DNA from: an uncultured Pseudomonadota bacterium
GTDB taxonomy: Bacteria; Myxococcota_A; Polyangia; Polyangiales; Sandaracinaceae
Reading direction: 5' to 3'
Assembly (NCBI GenBank): GCA_963832725.1
Contig: CAWHVG010000001.1
Coordinates: 1,389,928-1,453,927 of the forward strand
Length of the DNA stretch: 64,000 bases
This document shows, piece by piece, positions 40,755 to 52,467 of this stretch. Every line of letters starts with the position of its first letter. The stretch's first letter is position 1. The notes under the pieces are model-generated. The model made no database searches. It was not told the DNA's origin and was given only the letters and a program-made list of their open reading frames with translations. The translations under genes were made by a program, and so were the position numbers.

Positions 40755-41851
40755 TGCGGCGCGCCCTCTCGACGTCGAGCCTCGCCCTGATGCTGGCCGC
40801 TTGCGGCACGGCGCCGGTGGATCCGCTCGGCGGCGGAGGGCGCGCGATCACCGCTGAGCCCGTCCCTTTCGACGCGGACGGGCTCACGCCACCCCTCTCC
40901 GTGCCCGCGTTCGACGGCGAGTCGGTGACGTTGTGGGCGCGGAGCGAGCCGGGCACCTGCTTCGCGCTCGCCTCGCTCGAGGACGCCGCGGGGCGTGCCT
41001 GGGTGAGCGCACGCGATGCGGGCCCCTACTGCAAGCGCTGCGACCTGCGGACCTCGGTCGCGGTCGACGAAGCGCTCTTCGTGCTGCCGGCCGGCGACGA
41101 CTTCGCGCCCGCCGGAGGGCTGACGGCGCGCTTCGGGCGGATGCGCTGCGACACGCTGACGCCCTTGCGGGAGGCGAGCCAGGCCGGGATCGAGCTCTCC
41201 TTCGCGCCGCGCGCCACGATCCCGGCGCGAGGAAGCGTGAGGCTGCGCTTCTTGGTCTCCGAACACTCGATGCTCTTCCAGCACGCCGACGTGCAGCGCG
41301 AGCTGATCGACCACCTGAACGACGAGCTGGCGGCGGCGGGCCTCGAGGCGAGCTTGGCCGCATCTTCGCCACTGCCGGACGTTCCCGCGGAGAGCGTCTT
41401 CTCGACCACGGATTTCACCGCGCTGACCGCCCTGCTCGAGCAGGCGCCGCCGCCGCACGACCAAACGGTCGACGTCGTCTTCGCGGGCTGCCTCCGCTAC
41501 GACGATCCCTTCTTCGGCCCGCCGACGTCGGTCGACGGCTACACCCCGCGCGTCGTGGGAGGCGGCGGCCCGGCGAGCGCCGTGTTCATGCCCGGCCTGC
41601 GCTGCGACGCGCCGTCGGATCAGCCCGCGAGCTGGCGGCTCGATGTCTACGCCCATCTGCTCGCGCACGAGCTGGGCCACTTCCTCGGCCTCTATCACAG
41701 CGTCGAGCGCGACGGCACGACCGACCAGCTGAGCGACACGAGCGAAGCCAACATCATGTACTACGACCCGAACCTCGCCTCCGCGAGCGGCTTCAGCGCG
41801 AGCCAAGCCCACCTCATGCGGAGCCACCCCTTCGTCCGCGAAGCGCCGTAG
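40754..41851 (+). CDS. metzincin-type zinc metalloprotease lipoprotein (M43/pappalysin-like)
   Basis: The ATG overlaps the upstream TGA (TGATG). LALMLAACG lipobox. HELGHFLGLYH matches HExxHxxGxxH, with a downstream Met-turn-like NIMYY. Confidence 0.75.
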   Translation: MRRALSTSSLALMLAACGTAPVDPLGGGGRAITAEPVPFDADGLTPPLSVPAFDGESVTLWARSEPGTCFALASLEDAAGRAWVSARDAGPYCKRCDLRTSVAVDEALFVLPAGDDFAPAGGLTARFGRMRCDTLTPLREASQAGIELSFAPRATIPARGSVRLRFLVSEHSMLFQHADVQRELIDHLNDELAAAGLEASLAASSPLPDVPAESVFSTTDFTALTALLEQAPPPHDQTVDVVFAGCLRYDDPFFGPPTSVDGYTPRVVGGGGPASAVFMPGLRCDAPSDQPASWRLDVYAHLLAHELGHFLGLYHSVERDGTTDQLSDTSEANIMYYDPNLASASGFSASQAHLMRSHPFVREAP

Positions 41852-42060
41852 TCGGCAGCACCCAGCGACACACGGGATCGACGGAGCGAGTCGAGCCCCG
41901 ACGGCCCTTCGAGCGAAGCTCCTCGAACGCGACGTGGCGCGACGACCGGCGGAAGGTTCGCCGATCGTCCGCCGCCTTCGCCGAGTCCCAGCCGCGCGCG
42001 CACGTCGGACGGATCCCCCGCTACGAAACGGCGGGGAAAGCGAGTATCGTGGCGGGTTCG

Positions 42061-42340
42061 ATGAATGCCGGGGACACGCTCGTGGGTCGGTTCGAGCTCC
42101 ATGAAACCGTCGGCCAGGGCGGCATGGGCCAGGTGTTCCGGGCCACGGACCTGACGACCGGGCGCACCGTGGCCGTGAAGCGCATGACCTCGACCGATGC
42201 CTCGCTCGCCCAGCGCTTCCTGCGCGAGGCGCGGCTGCTCTCGTCGCTCTCGCACCCCCCGCCTACGAGATGCTCACCGACGAGGACCGAACGAGCGCGC
42301 ACCGCGCGGCCGCGCAGTGGCTCTCGAAGCGCACGCTCCC
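42061..42340 (+). pseudogene. Ser/Thr protein kinase remnant (N-lobe only, joined out of frame to a distal fragment)
   Basis: LVGRFELHETVGQGGMGQVFRATDLTTGRTVAVKRM...FLREARLLSSLSHP stops being kinase-like after subdomain III. The next frame reads AYEMLTDEDRTSAHRAAAQWL, typical of the far C-terminal part of large kinase/ATPase proteins. No catalytic loop or DFG motif is present. Confidence 0.65.
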
Positions 42341-42384
42341 CGAAGCCCCACTGGGCGCCCGACAGGCGCCGAATTGGCCACCCC

Positions 42385-42735
42385 GAGACCCGCGATACGC
42401 GTTGCACGCGATGCAAAGCCATCCGGGAACACCCGGAATACGCTTTACATCCATTGCAAAGCCATCCGCGGGCCCTGTGATACGCGTTACATCCGGTGCA
42501 AAGCCATTCCGGAACACCCGAGATACGCTTTACATCCATTGCAAAGCCATCCGCGGGTCCCGCGATGCGCGTTACATCCGGTGCAAAGCCGTCCGAGAAC
42601 ACCCGGGATACGCTTTACATCCGTTGCAAGGCGCTCCCGGGGAACCCCGATACCGCTTTGCAACCGTTGCAAGGTGGTCCCCCGGAACCGTCGGAGGCCA
42701 ATACAGCCGCTGCAAGGCGCATCGCGGGTCGCCCC
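42385..42735. repeat. tandem array of about 8 units with alternating 43/42-bp period (85-bp dimer), lower GC than surroundings
   Basis: The ATACGC anchor recurs at 42395, 42438, 42480, 42523, 42565 (atgcgc), 42608 and 42650, with a degenerate copy at 42701. Unit core is GATACGCKTTACATCCRKTGCAAAGCCRTCCG. Confidence 0.85.
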
Positions 42736-43250
42736 AGCGCGCGACGAGCCGACGCGAACAATCCGTGAGAACGACGATGACCTCACCAGCGATCGATGGC
42801 TTCCAAACGAGGCTCGAGACGACCGTGGACCGTCGCCTCGAAGCGCTCCACCGCGACAGCTCCGTCCCCTCGCCCCCCTCGAGCAACGCGACCGGCGGCA
42901 GCTCCGACCGCTCGAGCGAAGCGAGCGAGTCGCGGCCGGCGTCAGCAGTCATGCCGTCTGCGCCGCAGGCACGGGCGGCGTGACCCGTACCAGCATGAAA
43001 CCCGTGACAGACCCCCACCACCGTAGGCGGGTCGTGGGGGCTCTCGCCCCCGACGCCTTGGGGTGCCTCAAACAAGCGCTGGGCGCCTGACGGTCCGCAG
43101 TTCGACCGTCAGGTGCACGGCGCTCGGGGCGGGGCCCTGCGAAGGAGGGGGCGAGCCACCGCGACCCGCCGGACAATCATCCGCGGCAGCCCCGGCCCTG
43201 CACTGCAGAGCAACCGAGCACAGCGACCGAGCACAGCAACCGAGCCGAGC

Positions 43251-44947
43251 TCACCGAGAAGGCGACGACGAAGCGCGCACGAAGACGACCGCGACCTCGT
43301 CCCGAAAGACCTCGCGCCAGCCAGGATCGCCCGACAAGCGCACCACGAGCGAACGCGCGCGAGCCGAATCAGCCGGCATCAGCACCGTGTCGACCTCGTA
43401 GCGCTCCGCGAGCTGCTCGAACATCGCCGCGCTCCCGTACGCCGCCGCGAAGCGCAGCAAGAAGCCCTCCGGGTAGAGCGTGATGGCGCGCCCGTCCACG
43501 AACACCGGCACACCCTCGTAGATCAAATAGCCGCCGAAGTTGAACGCGTTGTAGACGCGCGTCGTCGCGCCGGTAGCGCGCATCGCGCGGACGGCGGCGA
43601 CAGGGAAGCGCGTCTCGTCGAGCCCGAAGCCGGGCCGCAGGATCGGCCGCCCTCCCGCGCGCCACGCCACGACGGCGACCATCACCGCGAGCGCTGCCGC
43701 GGAGAGCGCGCGAGGGGACAGGCGCGACGCGAGCCTCGAAAGCGGCCGTACCGCGCTCGGGAGCCAGAGCGGCATCCCGGCGATCACGAAGAGCGACAGC
43801 CCGCGGTACGACATCGACAGCGCCGCCACCACACCGATCAGCACGAAGACCGCCTCGACCCGCTCGTACGCGCGGGCGCTCGAGCCCCGTTCCTCGCATC
43901 CATCCGCACCGACGCGTCCGCCGTCCCCGGCGACGCCGGACGCGTCGGTGCGCCGAACGTCGCCCGGGACGCTGGCGTCGTCGACGTCATCGGGACGCCC
44001 GTCATCGCGCGCACCGGCTCGAAGCTCGCTGTGGGGCCGCGCCGACGCGGCGGCCGCGGACTCGCGAGCCTCCGAGGAGCCCGGGAGCTCCCCGTTCGCG
44101 ACGGCGCCCGAGGAGACGGCGCCGGGCCGGAAGCACAGGACGGCGCCCACGACGGCGAGGAGCAGCAACGCGCTCACAATCCATCCGTCCGCGCTCGCGA
44201 CGAGCCCCGCGAGCGAGACCGGCGCCCACTCCGCGATCGCGCCCTGCATGAACCCGCCCGCGTGCGCGCCGATCAGCGCCGCCGCGTTCCGCCCGAACGC
44301 CGCGAACATCAGCACGATCAGCGCCGTCGGTGCCATCAGCCGCCGCGCCCGCCGGCGATCGCCGCGCACCATCCACGCGACGAGGAGCGCCGTCGCGACG
44401 ACGGGCACCAGCGCGTGCGTCGCGTGCGTCGGCAGCAGGAGCGCGTAGAGGGGCGGGACACATCCACACACGCCGGCTCCCCGGGTCGCGCCCCGACGTC
44501 GAGCAGCGCGTCGAGGGCGAACACGATCAGGAGCGAAGCCAGCAGGCTCGGGCGCGGCGCCAGCGCCGCCGTCTCGGCCACCAGCGCGAGGAGCGCGAGC
44601 GACGCCGCGATCTCCACACGCGCGCCTCGTCGCACCGCGCTGGCGACACCGGCGAGCGCCAAGGCGGCCGTCAGCACGACCTGCCAGGCGACGACGCCGG
44701 CCCAGCCCGCCGCGCCATGGGCGAGCGCCAGCGTGACCTGCGCCAGCGGCGAATGATCGCGCCAGGGGGCGCCGTGAAACGTGAACGAGAAGGGATCGCG
44801 CGACGGCACTGCGGCGTGCGCCAAGATCCAGCGCCCCGCCGCGACCTGCCAGGGCGTGTCGACGTCGCGGACGAGCGACGCGACGCACGCGCCGGCGGCC
44901 AGCGCCACCAGCGCGAGCCAGAGCCGCCGCCGGCCCGCCTCGCTCAT
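43251..44947 (-). CDS. polytopic membrane protein (possible lipid-linked glycosyltransferase-like); frame broken near 44465-44500
   Basis: The N-part is ORF 44336..44947 (MSEAGRRRLWLALVALAAGAC...). The C-part is ORF 43251..44888 from VPPLYALLLPTHATHALVPVV. More than 8 hydrophobic helices plus a soluble C-terminal domain. The shift is -1 here. Confidence 0.55.
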
Positions 44948-45254
44948 CCGACGCCCGCTCCGAGCGGGGTGGCGCCAGGCCTCGTGCCGAGCGTTCGCAA
45001 CGCCCTCGCGACCTTCGCTCGCCGGCGCGTCACGCCAGGCCCCGTTCCGAGCGCGCGCCGCGGCGCGGTCCCGGTGCTCGCTCCGGGTCGCATTGCGCGA
45101 GGCCTCGTCTGGAGCGCTCGCCGCGTCGTTCCGACGTTGGCTCCGGACCCTGCGCGAAGGCGGATGGAGCGCTCGGTCATCGGTCGCGAGGCGGCGTCAC
45201 GCGACGCGCGCGCCCTCCCCCGAACACGGAGGAGGACACGCTCGCCGAACACGA

Positions 45255-46601
<1,347 letters not shown>

Positions 46602-46603
46602 CG

Positions 46604-47650
46604 CTACTCTCCGGTTCTTCGCACGCGCCGCGCGCGGCTCACGTGCTTCTCGTTGTCGAGATCGTTTCCACGACCCGGGACCCGGGCCGCGAGGACTTGC
46701 CAATCGAGGTGTCCGTCCGGGCCGTCGCCACAGCGCGAGGCCGGAATCCGCGTCACCGTCGCTTCGACGAGGCCGGCGCGCGAGGCCATGTCGGCGAGCT
46801 CGCCTCCGCCGAAGCCGAGCCAGAGGTCGGCCTGCTGCTCGCGCAGCCGCTCGTCCTGATGGCTGGCGTAGTCGATGACAATCAGCGCGCCGCCCGGCCG
46901 CGCCAACGCCGCCAACGCGCTCAGCGCGGCCGCCGGTCTCGGCGCGTGGTGCACGACGCGCGAGGCGAAGACGGCGTCCGCCCCGCCGAGCTCGGCCACC
47001 CGCGCGCCGAGCGCCTCGTCGTCGAGCTCGCCCGCGAGCAGCTCCACGTTCCGATAGCCGCGCGCGCTCACCCGCCGGCGGGCCCGCTCGAGCTGCGGCG
47101 CCGCGCGGTCGATGCCGATCACCCGCTCGAAGATCGGCGCCAGCACGTCGAGGAGGCTCCCGTCGCCCGTCCCGGCGTCGACCGCCAGCCGGCGCGGCGT
47201 GATCAGCGGCGCCAGCGCGCTCAGGTAGGCGGGCAGCTCGCTCGGCAGCGAGAGCGAGCCCTCGGCCTCGCCGGGCCAATCGAAGAACTCGCGCGCCGGT
47301 GCCTCCCGCTGGGCCACAATCGCCGGCACCCGCGCCAGGCTGCCGTCCTCCTCCGAGAGGGCGCGGCCCGCGTCGAGCGCGTCGCCCACCACCGGATCGG
47401 ACGCCACTCCGTCGTTGAGCCGCAGAAACGCCCAGCGGCCATGCTTGCGGACCGCCAAGAGGCCCGCCTCGCGCAGCGCCTTCGCGTGCCGCGACACGCT
47501 CGGCTGCCCCTCGCCGAGGAGCTCCGCCAGCTCGCCAATCGCCAGCTCCTCGGCGCTGGCGAGCGCGAGGAGACGCAAGCGCACCGGCTCGCTCAAGAGC
47601 CGGTAGAGCTCCCACCGGCGAGCGCTCGGAGCATGGGCGACGGTCTCCAC
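46604..47650 (-). CDS. ArsR-family HTH fused to class I SAM-dependent methyltransferase
   Basis: The N-terminus [48 protein letters not shown] is an ArsR winged helix. The C-terminus [12 protein letters not shown] is SAM motif I. The stop is 2 nt before the ahcY start. Confidence 0.8.
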   Translation of the reverse strand: METVAHAPSARRWELYRLLSEPVRLRLLALASAEELAIGELAELLGEGQPSVSRHAKALREAGLLAVRKHGRWAFLRLNDGVASDPVVGDALDAGRALSEEDGSLARVPAIVAQREAPAREFFDWPGEAEGSLSLPSELPAYLSALAPLITPRRLAVDAGTGDGSLLDVLAPIFERVIGIDRAAPQLERARRRVSARGYRNVELLAGELDDEALGARVAELGGADAVFASRVVHHAPRPAAALSALAALARPGGALIVIDYASHQDERLREQQADLWLGFGGGELADMASRAGLVEATVTRIPASRCGDGPDGHLDWQVLAARVPGRGNDLDNEKHVSRARRVRRTGE

Positions 47651-47671
47651 GCGGACCCATATATGCCTTCA

Positions 47672-47685
47672 TGCACATACGTGCA
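47672..47685. promoter_or_regulatory. inverted repeat TGCAC-N4-GTGCA in an AT-enriched patch upstream of the ArsR-methyltransferase gene (candidate operator)
   Basis: Sequence catatatgccttcaTGCACatacGTGCAagtg lies 22-35 nt upstream of the GTG start at 47650. ArsR/SmtB repressors bind dyads overlapping their own promoters. Confidence 0.4.
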
Positions 47686-47696
47686 AGTGACAAAAC

Positions 47697-47912
47697 GTGG
47701 CATCCTTCGAAGCGATGAGCGACGAGCCCCACGGCGAGGAACCCAGCGAGGACGAGCTGGAAGCGATGGGCGCGCGCAAGGCGTCGCCGAAGACGCTGGT
47801 GATGGTGGCGGTCGCGGGCGCCTTGGTCGCGGTCCTCTTCGCGCTCGCCTCGTACTACGCGTCGCAGCGAGATCGGGCACGCGAGAGCTCCGAGACGACC
47901 GAGCAGCGCTGA
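47697..47912 (+). CDS. small single-TM protein
   Basis: 71-aa ORF with an acidic N-terminus, then [21 protein letters not shown]. No homology recognised. Confidence 0.4.
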   Translation: MASFEAMSDEPHGEEPSEDELEAMGARKASPKTLVMVAVAGALVAVLFALASYYASQRDRARESSETTEQR

Positions 47913-48109
47913 CGGCGGCGGGAGCGCGCGCATCGGTCGCGATCCTGCTGGCGCCGACGTCGCACTGCGAGGCGCAGCACGACCGCTCCGAGACGACCCG
48001 GCAACGAGCCCCGACGACTCGAGGTTCGCGTCGCCGGCGTTGACCAGCGCGCGCATCGGCGAAAAGCTGTCTCCCCTTCGTCACCCTTCACTCGACCGGG
48101 AGCGCGCCC

Positions 48110-49231
48110 ATGCGCCGCAAATCGACTTTGCTTCTCCTCCTCTTCGCCGGCTGCGGCCCCGTGGCCACGTTCGACGACGCCGGCGCCCCGGACGGCGGGA
48201 TGGACGCGGCCACGCAGGACGCCGGCCCTCCGGACGCCGGACACGACGCGGGACCGCCCGACTCGGGAACCGACGCGGGCACGGACGCCGGCCCCACGTG
48301 CCCCGACGGGACCACCCCCGGCACGGCGAACGGCATGTTCGTGTGCTGGACCGCGAACGGCATCCCGCGCTTCACCAACGTCTTCGTCATCGTGATGGAG
48401 AACACCTCGCTCTCCACGCTGACCGGCGCCACGAACACGCCCTACGTCACCTCGCTCTTCTCGACGTGGGCGACCGCCTCCGACTACCACGGCGTCGCGC
48501 ACCCGAGCCTGCCGAACTACATCGCCATGACCTCGGGCATCGACGTCAGCGGCATCGAGTGCGACTGCGATCCGATCGGAAGCAGCTGCACCAGCCTCAA
48601 CTGCAACAGCCTGCTCCACAGCTGCGGCTGCCCGCAGAGCACGACGCACCTCGGAGACCAGCTCGAGACGGCGGGCCTCGATTGGAGGGCGTACGGCGAG
48701 GGCATGGGCTCGCCCTGCAACGCCTCCGCTGCGGGCGACTACGTGCCGCGCCACGTGCCCTTCGTCTACTACCAGAACATTCAGATGAGCGCGCCGCGCT
48801 GCGTGGACCACGTCGTCCCCTACTCGCAGTTCGCGACCGACCTCGGCAGCGGCCCCCGAGCGCTCTCGTTCATCGCGCCGAGCCTCGTGCACGACATGCA
48901 CGACCCCGTCCTCAGCCACTCGACCGCCATCGGCAACGGCGACTCCTGGCTCTCGGACAACGTGCCCGCGATCCTCGCCTCCAGCGCGTTCACCGACGGC
49001 GGCGTGCTCTTCATCGTCTGGGACGAGGACGATCTCTCGGGCACGCTCGCGGCCGACAATCCGATCCCGCTCATCGTCCTCTCGCCCTACGCGAAGCAGG
49101 GCGGCTTCGTGAGCTCGGTCCACGCCGACCACAGCTCGCTCCTGGCGACCATCGAGGACGGCCTCGGCCTCGCCCGCCTCGGCTCCGCCGCCGGCGCGAC
49201 GCCGCTGAGCGACTTCTTCCCCAGCGAGTGA
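48110..49231 (+). CDS. phosphoesterase-family (AcpA/PlcN-like) lipoprotein
   Basis: LLLLLFAGCG lipobox and a DAG-rich linker. NVFVIVMENTSLSTL, HPSLPNYIAMTSG and DMHD are typical of the phosphoesterase family. Confidence 0.75.
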   Translation: MRRKSTLLLLLFAGCGPVATFDDAGAPDGGMDAATQDAGPPDAGHDAGPPDSGTDAGTDAGPTCPDGTTPGTANGMFVCWTANGIPRFTNVFVIVMENTSLSTLTGATNTPYVTSLFSTWATASDYHGVAHPSLPNYIAMTSGIDVSGIECDCDPIGSSCTSLNCNSLLHSCGCPQSTTHLGDQLETAGLDWRAYGEGMGSPCNASAAGDYVPRHVPFVYYQNIQMSAPRCVDHVVPYSQFATDLGSGPRALSFIAPSLVHDMHDPVLSHSTAIGNGDSWLSDNVPAILASSAFTDGGVLFIVWDEDDLSGTLAADNPIPLIVLSPYAKQGGFVSSVHADHSSLLATIEDGLGLARLGSAAGATPLSDFFPSE

Positions 49232-49326
49232 GCGGCGAGGCGAAGTCACGCCGCGTGATTTGCCTTCGCGAGAACAATTCGGGAGGATGAGCTCGAGCAC
49301 GCGCCCTGGTAGCGCGATCGAGAAAC

Positions 49327-51038
49327 GTGATCAAAGCGCTCATCGTCCCATTCCTCTGTGCTTCGTGCGTGCTCGGCGCGAGCGGCTGCTGTTGCGGATT
49401 GCCCGGTGGCGTCGTCATCGGGCACGACGCGGGGTACGAACCCCCGACGTCCGACGCCGGGCGCCGCCCGCCGACGCCGCGCGATGCCGGCGCGCCGCGC
49501 GACGCCGGCACCCTGGTCCCAACCTGCATGCAGACAGGCCAGGCAGCCGGGCGGTGCATCGACGGCACCTTCTGCACCGACCTCTCGTGCACCGGCGAGG
49601 TCACCCATGCCGACGGGGCCCCGTACACCCTCTCTAATCTCGGCTACACCTGCCGTGCGCCCGACCCGGCGAATCCCGACGCGTACGTCTCCATCGACTG
49701 CGACGTCCCGCTGCCCTTCGCGCCGGGCGGCCTGTGCGCCGGAGGCTGCGCACCGACGACATCGGTGCGCGACGAGACGTGCCCGCCCTGCGCCACCTGC
49801 AGCGCGAGCCTCGGCGACGGGAGAGGGCTGACCTCGACTCCCCTGACCGTGCGAGCGCTCGCCTCTCCCACCAGCGACGCGCAGCCCGGGATCTGTCGCG
49901 CGAACTGCGTCTTCGAGCCGACCACCTCCGGCTGCCAGGCGGGCTACACCTGCTCGGTCGCCGAGAACGTCTGCCTCGAGGCGTGCGTCTCCGACGCGCT
50001 GTGCAACGTGCGCTGGAAGCTGACCTCGCGCCACGACGGCCTCGCGGCCGTGGTGGACGGGAGCGCGAGCTGCAATCTGGACACCGGTCGCTGCCAGTGG
50101 ACGCCGCCGGCGGGCGCGAGCTTCGGCTCGCCCTGCCACTCCGACACCGACTGCCCGGCCGACGTGGGCGTGTGCCTCGGCGGCTGGTGCACGACCTACC
50201 AGTGCAACGCGACCGACCGCATCGGAAACCCGCTCTACCCCTGCCCGAGCAGCCACGTCTGCGTCGGGTTCGGCGGCAACATGGGCGCGTTCTGCCTGGC
50301 CCTCTGCAACTCGGCGGACGACTGCCTGCCCGGCCTCGCCTGCACGCCGCAAGCGGGGCTGCCCGGCGGGACGACCGGCCTCTGCTACCCGGGCTGCGAG
50401 AGCGACGACGCGTGCCGGAGCACCGAGGCCTGCAACCTCGGCGCCCTGTCGGTGGACCTCCCGGGCGCCCCCCCCTCGGCGGGCCTCCGGGGCGCCTGCG
50501 AGCCGCGATGCACGCCGGGCGGCACCGACTGCCCGAATCGGCGCGCGCTGCGTCCAGGTCACGGGGCAAACCTACGGCTTCTGCCATCCGCTCCAGCAGC
50601 TCTGCCTGACCGACCGCGCGTGCGGCGACGGCTTCGCCTGCGAAGTGCTCGCCGACGACGGCGCGCGGGATCTGCGTGACCGGGTGCGCGAGCGACGCCG
50701 ACTGCGACGCCGGCGAGCGCTGCGGCACGAGGCCGGGAGGCGAGCCGTGCGTACGCGGCGCCGACTGCCCGAGCGGCATCTGCGAAGGATCGATCTGCGC
50801 GCCGAGCGCGGTCGGCGTGTGCCGCGCGCCAGGGGGTTCATGCGCGCCGTCGCCGGACCGGAACGGCGACGAAAAGCCCGACATGCCTCTCCGAGGCGAT
50901 GCGCAATGCGTCGGCGATCAGCGATGCGATGCGAGCGCGCCCGGTGCGCTCGGCCGTTGCGCGTCGCCGATCGACGGTGGCGTGCCCGACGGCGGCTGGC
51001 CCGACGGTGGCGCCGACGCCGGCGCGGACGCCGGCTGA
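49327..51038 (+). CDS. cysteine-rich secreted lipoprotein; two frame breaks (50535-50539 and 50667-50672)
   Basis: GTG start and a signal peptide with a Cys cluster. Three frames join as ...TDCPIGARCVQVTGQTYGFCHP...ADDGARICVTGCASDADCDAGERC... and end at 51038. Repeated C-x-D-x-D-C-type modules. Confidence 0.65.
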
Positions 51039-51116
51039 TCGCGGGTCAGTCCCAGCCGTGGCGAGCGAGGAACGCGAGGAGCGTCGACGTATCGAGGCGG
51101 TTGGGTCCTCGGTGCG

Positions 51117-52445
51117 TCAACAGCTGCCACCACTCGCCAAGCGGCACGCGCTGCCGACCCCGGACTCTCCGGACGTGGCCGCGGACCCGACGCAGCGCGC
51201 CTTCGCCCAAAAGCGGATCCCATAGCCGGTCGTGGGCTGCACCATGTAGGCGCTCGGCCCCATCCAACCCGTCCAACCGTAGACCGTGCTCGTGCCCGTG
51301 TACTGCGCTTGGAACGCGTATTGGACCGTCGTACCGGTGGGGCAGTTGGAGGTGGCCTGGACCTCGGCGTAATACCAGTTGCCCGCTCCCGACGGGTTCA
51401 CCCACCCACCCGCGGATCCCGAACGGACTGCGCCGGGAATGGTCACCATGACGCTCGGGGTCGACGGCGCGTCCAGGGGGGTGACCACCTCCACCGTCTC
51501 CGACCACGCGCTCTCCCGTCCGTCCGCCGCGGAGGCACGAACCCGGACGTAGTACCGAGTGCCGGCGACGAGCCCCGACACCGTCGTGGCCGTACCGGAG
51601 ACGACCGTGTCGGCGGGGGATCCGAAGTCCGAGCTGGCCGCGATCTCCACGGTGTAGCTCTCCGCATCGGGCACACCGGTCCACGCGACGTCGACGTCGT
51701 TCGGGTCCGTGGGGTTCGCCGTGACGCCCGTGGGCGCCTGGAGCGGCCCGGCATCCGGTGGCCCCGAGTCCGACCGTCCGGCATCCGGCACACCCGCATC
51801 GCTGCCGGGCAGAGAGCGGCACATTCCGTCACTGGGATCACAGTACTGTTCGGACGCACAGCGGTCGGCGTAAGGCAACCAGAGGCACACACCTTGGTCG
51901 CACGCAGGCGAGACACAGGGGCCGGTCGCAGGACAATCTGCCGACGTGACACACTGATCCTGCACGCACATGCCGAGGCTCGATCCGTCGTCGGTCTCGA
52001 CACCGCAAGTCGGGTCGACGCAGGCGCCCCCCAAGCAGCTGGTGGCGTTCTCCGGATCGCCTGTCCGAGGGCAATCGATGCCGAGGCAGCGGCGAGTGAT
52101 GATCACACGAACCGCGAGACGCCCGCGAAGCAAGACGGAGACATCGCGGGACAGGACCTCACGATCCTCCTTCCTCAGCGCGACGTGCAGGAGGCGATCT
52201 CCGCGCGCCAGCGAGTCGTACTCCGCCACCCGTACGCCGCGGGCGAAGTCGGCATCCGCGGAGACCGGTATCCGCTGCGCGTCGGCCGAATCGACCGTGA
52301 CCAGGACCTCGTCGAACTCCACTGCGGGCGCGAGATCCGTACGCACGTCCACGAAGAGCCCGCTTCCGCCGGTGCACCCCGACACCAGGAGACCCCAGAA
52401 CGATGCCGCCACCCACAGCCCGGACGCTGACGTACCGGAGCTCAT
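51117..52445 (-). CDS. lipoprotein with Cys-rich module and fibronectin type III domain
   Basis: LWVAASFWGLLVSGC lipobox. APTGVTANPTDPNDVDVAWTGVPDAESYTVEIAASSDF...GTRYYVRVRA is FN3-like. Confidence 0.7.
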   Translation of the reverse strand: MSSGTSASGLWVAASFWGLLVSGCTGGSGLFVDVRTDLAPAVEFDEVLVTVDSADAQRIPVSADADFARGVRVAEYDSLARGDRLLHVALRKEDREVLSRDVSVLLRGRLAVRVIITRRCLGIDCPRTGDPENATSCLGGACVDPTCGVETDDGSSLGMCVQDQCVTSADCPATGPCVSPACDQGVCLWLPYADRCASEQYCDPSDGMCRSLPGSDAGVPDAGRSDSGPPDAGPLQAPTGVTANPTDPNDVDVAWTGVPDAESYTVEIAASSDFGSPADTVVSGTATTVSGLVAGTRYYVRVRASAADGRESAWSETVEVVTPLDAPSTPSVMVTIPGAVRSGSAGGWVNPSGAGNWYYAEVQATSNCPTGTTVQYAFQAQYTGTSTVYGWTGWMGPSAYMVQPTTGYGIRFWAKARCVGSAATSGESGVGSACRLASGGSC

Positions 52446-52467
52446 ATCGACTACCATCGACCCTGAA

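Noticed and set aside
42385-42735. CRISPR array
   Set aside because: The repeats are directly adjacent with no unique spacers, the period alternates 42/43 bp, and no cas genes are present in the window.
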